Shown here: positions 26,901 to 36,800 of the stretch, piece by piece
Layout: the number at the start of each line of letters is the position of its first letter
How positions within the stretch are numbered: the first letter of the stretch is position 1
DNA from: Eutreptiella sp. 'Long Island Sound 2002'
Lineage: Eukaryota > Protista > Euglenida
DNA: 64,000 nt
Assembly: GCA_964036045.1 (NCBI GenBank)
Contig: OZ038378.1
Coordinates: 6,076,001 to 6,140,000, forward strand
Direction: 5' to 3'
Notes under the pieces: generated by a model
Told to the model about the DNA's origin: nothing
The model's database searches: none
Seen by the model: only the letters and a program-made list of their open reading frames with translations
Made by a program: the position numbers and the translations under genes

Positions 26901-29900
26901 TTACGCCTGTGGCAAGCAAATTTTCCCATAAAGGTGACGCGAAGCAGGTCTGTTCAATGTGAAGCTTGGGGGAGATAGCACTTGACACGGGAAAGAGGGA
27001 TTGGGGAATGGGGGAGTTAAGGAGCTGAAGGGAAACTTTGGGGTCCTGAGGGTAGCTGTATAAACCCTCAACCCCTAAACAGTGCAACTCAAGCAAGACA
27101 CAATGCCTACAATCTGATGTCTCTCTGTGCCCACGTCAGGGTATATGAAGCCCCAAGCACCTCGGAGGTATGGGAACACACACATTCAAACACACGCACG
27201 CACACACACACGATGGACGTGACAAACAGGGCACAGAGAAAGCCGGCTTGGATGTACTAGATCTCGTCAGGTGCAAAGCAGAACAAAAACAGTAGCATGT
27301 CCCGCCTGCACTAGGCGCCTTTTTGTGTGAGGAGAGGCAGGGCCAGCAGCTCGCATGCAGTCCTTGGGCAAGCCCTCGGTCATGCCTGCACAGCAAACAG
27401 AGCGTAAGGCTCTGCAAAATTATCTCAGGGTGGGTTCAGCCCTGTCCCTGCCTTCTGCTACCCCTCACCAGGAACCCGGACGATAGACCAACAGCGTTCC
27501 ACTTCTGGTTAGTTCACAATGACCATCATCAACCAAGCTAACAACTGTGTCACGCCCCATAATCTCAGTCCGTTGGCCTGTTTCGTGATTGACAGCACTG
27601 CAATGGAAAAGGCTGGAAGCCCCGTAACCGGGACTCCACACACACACACACACACACACGTTGGGAACCGCGAGACAAGAACGAAGCAAGAAAAGCGGTT
27701 GAAAGAAAACTCCTCAGGAACAGCAGAGCTGTCCTAGACGTCTTTCGGTCTGTTGGTAGAGAATGAGCAAGTGCAATTCCGGACAGTGGACCTTTCCTTT
27801 TCCCGAGTTCAGTTCTGCATCGCCCAACAAACCATAAAAACCGCCCGCGGAGGAGCTCGTGCACTACCGTTGCCATAGCCTAGATTTATCGTGTGCTGGG
27901 TGCCACCACCCCGCCACACACACACAGGAAAACATTCAGGGAGGGCGGGGTTTGTGCAGCGTGGTACAGCGGCCGTGCAGCCGGCTGGTACCCTGAAGAC
28001 CCGAGTTCGAGTCCTCCTCCGCCGGCAAGCAGAGGAGGACTACGAGGAGGAGATGCGCCACCCGGCGGACGCCGGTAGCAGTGACGGGGCGCGCTGCTGC
28101 AGGTGGCCGTGCTTGGTGCCTCGTTTTTTGTGTGTTTTCTCAGACATGCAAGCGAAACATTCATGGTGGGGGAGGCAGGGGTTTGGGGTGGTGGTGAGGC
28201 AACCCAGGGAGGGGTGTATAGCATTGGGTTCAGTGCACAGTGGCCATTTTCCGCAGGAGGGCGATGTCCATGCACCAGGCTGGCGTGTATCCTTCTGGCT
28301 GAAGATCCTCTGGGATTTCCCTATCCGTGTATCTGTCCCCTTCCCAGACGGCTTTGTTTGCAAGCCAGTGCACCAGTTTTGCTGTGGCGGTTCCACGGGA
28401 GCATGGGAGGTCGTGACCAACGCTGTACACGGCGCGCATAGTGTTTTCCGACCACCACGGGGAGGCGGCATACACACGGCGCACTGCTTTGTGCAGCGCC
28501 CGCATCACCGTCATGCGCCTGTAGCCTGAGAGCATTGCTAACTGGGCCCAGGCCAGTGCCGACAGAATTTGGGCAGCCCATGTTTGCTGCCAGGGGAGGG
28601 TACCGGTGAGGCTGCTGATTAGTATACACGGCAAATACTCCTTGGGTGCGCGTGTTGGACTGATGAGGGGTGCCCCGTACCGCAGTTCCCAGGTGTCTGT
28701 GAGTGCAGAGGGGTGCGTGACCGCGCAACAGTGGCCCCCTCCCACCGTCATGTGAACCCCCAGTGCGCGCCGGCTCTGGCTCAGGCAGTCCCCGTCACAC
28801 GACTGAGCCCCTCCGTCCACACAGTCGCACAGCACTTCGAGGTTCCAGATGTTTGCCAGCAGGTCACAGACCTCCTGTACAAGTGTGGTGCGCGTGCCGG
28901 GGGATAGGTTGGTAGCCAGTAGAACATTGTCTCTGAACTGTGCCAGGCTGAACCACATTGTGCCTCTGGTCCAGAAAACGTAGCCGTCCTCGGACAGGCT
29001 CATGTTTCCCCAGTTCTTCATCCTCTTACCATTCTTCTTCACTCCCCACAAGGTGTGCAAGTCTGCACTTTGTGCCGAAAATGGTCCTCCCATCGGGATG
29101 CTGACCTTCCTACTCCACAACTGACGCACCGCTTGCAGGACGTTGTTGTGCAACAGCTCAAAGTTCAGCATGGCTGACAGATGGTTGTGTGTCAGTACCC
29201 AAAATTTTTCACTGGTCGCCACGCCTGCTCTGTCCAATTTTGGTGTGTCCCTGTGGATCGACCAGTGCAGCTGCCGCTGCCTCCAGCGCCTTTTCTTGGT
29301 CAGCCACTTTGTCGCTTTTTCAAAAGCCCGTGTTACATCCCTCGGGTGTATGTTGTCAAATTGCTTTTTGCAGTCCACTTCCGTGATTGCGCGTGCCCCC
29401 TTTCGTGCCACGAAATGCAGCCAGCCGGACACTGACTGGATGTCTGTGTATTGGAAGTTGTGCGTGATTTCCGTTTGCAACATGCGGAGCATACAGGTGA
29501 AAGCGCGCGCACCCTTCCGTAGTTGGCGCTGTTGGAGGACGGGGGCTGGGGAGGCGGAAATGCCCCTGAAAACCCATTTTCCCGTGCGTCGCGACTTCGC
29601 CTTCGCCAGGACATAGAGGACGCACAGCTTACCGTGTTTGTTCCGCTCTAATTCCATATCTGACACCGCGTCTCCAATGGAGCGCGTCCACTGGTCCTGG
29701 GTCCACCCCGTGTCTTGGAACTTTTCGTTGATCATAAATTCAGTAACCTTTTCCCACACCCAAGCTGAGCAGAAACCCCACAGTTCCCCCGACCCTTTAT
29801 CCACAATTCTGGTGTACTGGAAGGATGCAAGGAATTTTGATAGGCGCCGCAACTGGCGCAGGAGTGTTCCCGATTCCGGAAACAGTGAGGGGGGTAACAG

Positions 29901-32900
29901 GGTGTCCAGCGGAGGCACAGGTAGGTTCAAGTGTGTGCAGAAGGTAGTGATCCCTGAGATCGCTTTTTTTCGTGCCTCGTTTCCTGCGATGGGGATGGGG
30001 TCATTCGGCCTCAGCCCACCGTGGCCCCCCACATTCAGTGCAACCGGTATCAGTGCCACGTGGCCGTCGACATCAAGTACATCCCCGTTTTGCTTCGCCT
30101 GACTCGCAAACTCCGCACAGCGGCAGGGGGGCTTTTGCATCATTCTGGACTGTGCCATTGCTTTGGACTGGAAGACCGACCGTACGGTGTGGGGGTTGGA
30201 GCGGGCAATACGCACCGTGTGCCTTAAGGCCTGGCGCTCATAAGCCTTCAGGGCGCTGTCGCGTAAGACTTTTCGTAGAATGTTCGTGATCACCGTTTTT
30301 TTGTGTCGTGCTCAGATTTGGTACAACAACGGTCCCGGAAATGTGGAATGGAAGCCCTATTTGTTCTGCGGTGTCCCGGAGTACCGCTTGTAGTGCTTTC
30401 ACTCTCTGCGCATCTCTCAGGGCGCGTGCCTGACGCAGTTCCTGCAGTGTGTGTAACATTTTACCGTTGATGTAGGCGCATTGCTTGTTGGGTGTGTCCG
30501 TTTCGCTGATCCCCGGTGGTATGTCATTCAGGGCCCACTTATGTAGGTCCGCCCACCACTGGCGTTCCGCTAACCCCGCTTGGAACAGTGTGTCGCAGTA
30601 CTGGACCGGGACGGTGACCCAGTTGCTGATGTCAGTGAGCAACAGCTGTGCATGGAAGGAGGCACTGTCTGTGCCTGCCCGTGCATCACAGTAGTGTTTT
30701 CGTAACCGCTGGATCGGGGCCTGGGAGGTTTGCCCAACGTACACCGCACCCGTTCTTAAGTTCACGCAGACATACACAAGAAAAGCCGGGGGAGGAACAT
30801 GCACGTACCACTCACCTACGTGTGACTTTCGGCGGAGTACACGTAGGGCGGGGAGGGAAGTGTAGGGCCAGTATGGAATGCTGGCTTGCATCAGATCTGC
30901 CCACCTCCCCAGGTTCACGCCTTGGAGGGCTGACTTCATCTGGAACTGTAGGCCCCAGAAGATGTGTGTGGTGTGGGGTGGATGGACGTACCGCATGTGA
31001 CACTTACCGTATTCGTCAAATAGCAAGGAGAGGCGCAGGTGTTGGGCGGGGGAAAGGGACAGGAAAGCCGAGGCCGTGCACCGAAGTTCGAATCCCTGGA
31101 TGCTGCCAAAACAGCGCAGATCATCCAAGTCTCGGATGCGGTCCCCTGGGGGGCACCACACCCATAGCTTGTCTGTGGTGCGGAATAGCGCGAACAGGTT
31201 GATGCCCAAATCTCCCCAGTGCGCTATGTGATGTTTTCCTAGTGCAGCTGGGTGGGGGTCAGGCGGGGGTTCAGGGGGGGGGTCTGGCGTCTGCGTGATG
31301 GTGTTGCACAGTGGCGCGGCATGCGGGGTGGTGCCATACAGAGATCCCATCCACTGAGTGTGTGAGCCGTCTTTGGATATGCAACGGGGGCATCGGAAGA
31401 ACTGATTCACTGTTATGCACTGGGGGTTTCCGTGCCGCAGGCATATTCAAAAGTTGCTCGGTGCCTCTGTGGAAGGTCAGCACCCCCTCGGCCGCTTGGT
31501 TGTGGAGAAGATCAAACAGGTGGTGCCTGTGCTGTATGTTGGTGTGCCGGTCTGTGGCGCGTCTGTAGTGCAGGGGATGGTAATGGCCTTGTGTCAGCAG
31601 GCTCGCAAAGCGGACAGTGGCGGCCAAAATCACATTAGCCAGGCCCACCTTTTGCTGTATATAGTTAAAAGAGAGCAGTGTGCGGAGGAAGGACAACGGG
31701 TCCGTCGGCGCCGCATCACCACCTGTGCCCTGTGAATCAGCAGACGAAGAAACCGAATCACTGTCCGATAGGTGGCCTATGAGCTGTTGTCCCTCTGTAC
31801 TCTTGGGGCCTGGACACAGCGCCTGAGCACACTAAGCAGCACTCGAGATGTCGCTGAAAATCTGTGGGTTTGCCTTTGTCGCCCTGAGCACCGTAGTGAT
31901 GGCTGCTTTTTTGTCGGTGGTGAGTGCCTCTCCCTCCACCGCCATTATTGACGTGGTCATTTCTTCGGTGCTGTGGCGTTCCAGCCAGGTGATGAGGCGC
32001 TGATCTTTCTCCTTATTCCACTCAAAGAAAAGCAGTTCCAGGACCTCGTTTTTCCACACATCAGCCGGCAGGGGAGGGAGGGTGACCCAGTTCGGTGTGC
32101 TGCTTTGGGAGGGGGTTCCGGATCGGGCTCTGGTTCTACGGTGGTTTTGAGAGCCATCATCACTGTCCCCCACCGGGCGTTTAAAACCAGAGTTGGTGTG
32201 CATGGACACTTCCCCCACGGCGGGCGTGGGACTGGCAGGGGCCGTCGTTTGCTGTGCCTGGGATGGTAGGAGGGAGGAGGATTGTTTCTTCGGAGACGGG
32301 GTCGCAGGGGGTTGTGCAGATGTGCCATGTAGTGCAGCAGACGGGCCTGTCACAGAAATGGGATTCCACGGATCCTGTTGTGCTTTGAATCTCTCCAACC
32401 AATCGTTAAACGTGGCCACCGGCATGGCCGCTGCAGCGGTATTTTCGACATCCAGAATTCTCTGTAAGGCTGGCTGGAACTCGTCCCGGAGGTACGCTTC
32501 GAATCGTGAACTCGGTGTGGCTGCAGCGGCCGTGGACTGTGCGTCCCTCGCCAGCGCCGCAGCTTGGGTGATGCGCGTGTCAGTAGAGCTTTGCCAGGTC
32601 TCGATACCTTCCAGTCTGCGCCTGATTTCCGGTAGGTCTTTCTGCGCGTCTTGCACTTCTGAAATTGCTTTCTTGAGGGCTCCCATTTCTGTTTTCAGCT
32701 CACCGATCGCGGTGTGGTTTTCGATTGCTAGGACCGGCGCTCTGCGCATGCACTGAAGCATTGTGTGACCATACATATTGCACCACAGGCAGACGTTTTC
32801 GAATTGCCCTTTCAGCTCATCGGGTGGTAGCAGGATTGGCGCGCTGGTGATGTCGCACGTCGCGGTGGAATGCCCTGTTTGTCCGTGTCGCAGGCACCAC

Positions 32901-33764
32901 GTCGCGCCGCTGCGCAGGGGGCCTGTGCCCGGGCGCCCTAGGGCTTTCGGCTTGCTTCGGTGGATAGCGGGGTTGTACAGTTCGCATTTTTTGAACCAAT
33001 GGTCATCTTTTCCGCACAGTACGCACTGTCCCGCGGCTCTCCTCGCGAGACTCTTTTCGCACTGGTGTGCCCAATGGTACTCTCTTGGACATGCCCAGCA
33101 GGGGTCCGGTGGTACTGTGTTGGAGTGCCAGGGCTCTCCGCCTCGACCGGCACGGCCTTCGGCTGGACATTCGCGCGCCCAATGGCCAGGACCATGGCAT
33201 GCAGAGCAGATCTTGGTCGCAGTACCTGGGGCAGGCAGATCTGGTGCCCGGCGGGGCGCATCACCAACAGGGGGGCATGTTGTCGGCGGGCTGAACATAA
33301 TCGGGTTTGTGTGTGTCGGAGGAGAAGGAGGCGGGAATAAGGCATCACTGCTGCGGGCCGCAGCTGGCGCGCGCACGGCTGTATTTCCAGGTAGTGAGCT
33401 GGAGTTGGTTGCGGCGGATACATTTGGTGGCAACATGATGTAGGCTGTGGCGTTGGTAGAACACGTACTGCTAAGCGGTCACACGAATTGCCAATAGCAG
33501 GTTCACACACGTTGGGAACCGCGAGACAAGAACGAAGCAAGAAAAGTGGTTGAAAGAAAACTCCTCAGGAACAGCAGAGCTGTCCTAGACGTCTTTCGGT
33601 CTGTTGGTAGAGAATGAGCAAGTGCAGTTCCGGACAGTGGACCTTTCCTTTTCCCGAGTTCAGTTCTGCATCGCCCAACAGACCATAAAAACCGCCCGCG
33701 GAGGAGCTCGTGCACTACCGTTGCCATAGCCTAGATTTATCGTGTGCTGGGTGCCACCACCCCG

Positions 33765-33835
<71 letters not shown>

Positions 33836-36800
33836 TGACACAAGAAGATATAATATCAATGTTGCGTCTTTGGGCCACTTCAAAATTTGACGCAAACTTC
33901 AAAACATGCGGCGCCTTTGGTGCTTGAACAAACGACCTACAGCACGAACGCACAAAACCCAGTAGCTTTCCCCTGCCACATGATCACATCCATCATTGCT
34001 CAAGGGTAAACGTGTTGCACGAGGTTTGGCTGGGAACCACGGAAGGAAGCAGGCTTCAGGCAACGGGAAAACGGATCAAGGGGGGTTTTTGAGCACCAGG
34101 GACTGGCTCATGTATTGCACATACCTTGCCAATCGCCCAGTGCCCTCTCCTCGGCCCCCAGGACAGGCGTGTGCTGCTCAATCAACGCATACGCAGCATC
34201 CATGGAGATCATGGCGAACTCGGACTTGCGTGCGCGGCCCACTACACCATCCCCGTGCCCGTGCCCGCACGCATGTCCATGCCCAGACCCAGGTCCATGG
34301 GCATGTTCGGGTGGTGTTTTGCCCCGGACCAGCGCGACAGCATGCACCAGGAGGGGCGCGATCGCCTGCAAAGTGCCAGCCGCAAAGTGAGCGTTCGGAC
34401 CCACCTGGGCACCCCATGACCTGAACCGGACCCCTGGAAACGGAGCGGTGCTACTGCAGGTCAGAAAAAACTGCGTATTGGGGTTGTCCGCATCCGAGGG
34501 CGGGCGGCGGGGGGATGGCTTCTGTACGGCCGTGCAGCCGATGATTAAGAGAAAAACTGGCGACCGAGACAGTGATGGCCGAAGGGGGTAGAATTTGCTA
34601 CCAATACAGTGATGAATGCCTTCGGTGCAAGAGGCTGCATGATGCAACCACTGTACCATGAATCGAGTTGCGTGTGGTTGCAGTCTGTTGTTTCCATGAG
34701 TGCGGTCCCCGTTGTTTGAGACTTATAGCACCAGCTCCGGCGATGTCGACGCTGAATCCCCTGGGCACAGCACATGCACCTGCAGCAAGCCTCGGGCCGG
34801 CGACGTTGGAATGCATAGGATCATCGTCTGGTTTCGCACACCGGCCATTGGACGCATCAGCATTCCCTCATTGCCACGCCGGAGGCTCTCCGTAATGAGG
34901 GCCGTTACAATGCCTGGCGCCTGACGAGGGCACCAACAGTATGAAGAGGGGCTAGGCACAGAGCAGCATTATGCACTCAGCCAAAACCTACGGTGTGTGT
35001 TGCGGAGCAGAGGCCTGCCACGTCAACAAAATGTCATGCACACAGGAGACCGAGCCCAATCAGGCCAATCCTTCGTAAACCCCCCCTGTGTGCACGTGCT
35101 TTTTTGGGCGGGACAAACGGGGGGCAGGCTACACTACACTAAAGCATCGGGCTCGGTTGCGCATGGACCTGGCACAACTTCGTTTCACAAATCATGGTGT
35201 ATGGGTGTGTTTAAGGGGAGGGAGCACAGGCAGGGGGCCCTTTTTAACTTGTGGACCCCCGACGCCAAGCACCGCCACCACTAGCCCAACACCACCCGGC
35301 TGGACCCCGCCCCCCCCCCCCAAGGCCCTGGCCGTTGCTAGGGATTTGTCCAGCTGGGAATGCCCCAGCGTGGACCAGGTGTTGTGGGTGGGGAAGGGGG
35401 CGGTTGGGAAAGTGGGGTTGTGGGAGGGGGATGCTGCCCAGGCCCTCTTCGCCGACGCCCCAGAGGCGGTCCCAGCCGGCCTCCCCACCTGCCCCTACCA
35501 CCCCACCTTCCTCTTCCGCTCCGCCCCGGCCACCGACCTTGCCGTGATGGAGGTCGGTGCTCTTTTTTGTGGGGCTTGTTCACCAAATTGAGATCACCAA
35601 GGGGGGCAACGTCGATTCGGAGTCGGAGATCCACTTCGCCATCTCCGGCGTTGCACCCCGGTGCGGCCGACCACGCTCTGGCACCTGGGCAACACTGCCC
35701 CAGCGTGGTAGCCCCCCAAGTGCACGAAGGCTAGGGCGTGGTCAATCACCTACCCGTGTGATTGCAAGGTGTGCCCCCTGTGCATTTCTGTGTGTGCTGC
35801 TTTTTTGACAAATTAGACGAAATTCGCGCAAAATTCGTACCAACGAATGTCTGGGCAGGTGTGTGAATACAGAAGTTTCTGTAAAATTCGTACGAAATTC
35901 ATACGAATTTCGTACGAATTTGTGCGAATTTGGTCCAATTTGTGTACCGTTTGCGTTCCGTTTCGCCAATGGTCCTTGCATTGACGCTCCCTCTTCCTCA
36001 AGTGGCACCCCACACACTTTGCCTTGTCTGCAGGTGCCCTTCCACTGAGGTGCGGCACCACGGGCGCAAGCGGTTCACCCCGCATCATCGCGTGCACGTG
36101 ACCGGTGAGGAGAGCGAGCGGGGCAAGGGGTCCAGGGCTGGACGGGCCCCAAGCGAGGCCCGAAGTGAGCGGAGCGAGGGGTCCGCGCGCTCGGGACGCA
36201 GTGCCGGGGGCCGCAGCGAGGCAAGCTCGGGTGCTCCACCCAATGACGCCGGGCAGTGTCATTGTCGCAAGTATTGGGAGTGGGCCCCAGCTCCCCCACA
36301 CCGACGTTGCCACAGGTCCTGAGGTGCTTCCCCCTTACGACAGGGAGATCTCCGGGTGTCACCTGAGTAGTTTCCTCTACCTTTCGGAGTCTCTGGGGCG
36401 TCGGCGAAGAGGGCCTGCGCAGCATCCCCCTCCCACAACCCCACCCTCCCAACCGCCCCCTTCCCGACCCACAATACGTGGTCCACGCTGGGGCAGTCCC
36501 AGCTGGACAAATCCCTAGCAACGGCCAGGGCCTCGAGGGGGGGGGCCGGGGTCCAACCGGGTGGTGTTGGGCTAGTGGTGGCGGTGCTTGGCGTCCGGGG
36601 TCCACAAGTTAAAAAGGGCCCCGGCAGCCCATCCTTGGCGCCCAAGAGGGCAGGCATCCCATCATGGCGGCTGGTGGCCACCATCAGCTGCATGTCCCCC
36701 CTCTGCAGGTGAATGGTGTCCGAGCGCACCTCCGCCGCCTCCCCCAGGGCCGTCCCCGCCTGCACCCGCACTCCCCGCCTGCCCCTACCACTTCCTCTCC

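Larger units (their letters stand above)
27637..33832 (-). mobile_element. Penelope-like retroelement with N-terminal GIY-YIG endonuclease (Naiad/Chlamys-type domain order) plus gag-like ORF, in gephyrin intron 5
   Basis: Near-identical direct repeats at 27660-27915 and 33511-33766, each bordered by (CA)n; zinc-knuckle ORF, GIY-YIG and PLE-type RT inside; no integrase, RNase H or tyrosine recombinase motif seen. Confidence 0.85.

Noticed and set aside
30293-30305. Slippery heptamer A AAA AAC as a programmed -1 frameshift
   Set aside because: A -1 shift hits TGA two codons later; the RT needs the +1 frame.
31447-31449. In-frame TGA as selenocysteine (described for some Naiad elements)
   Set aside because: That frame has another TGA eight codons upstream, and the protein-like sequence is in a different frame; a frameshift explains it better.
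34545-34775. [10 protein letters not shown] resembles gephyrin DKAFITVLE
   Set aside because: It lies in intron 4 without usable splice sites, and exon 5 already encodes the equivalent segment; treated as chance.
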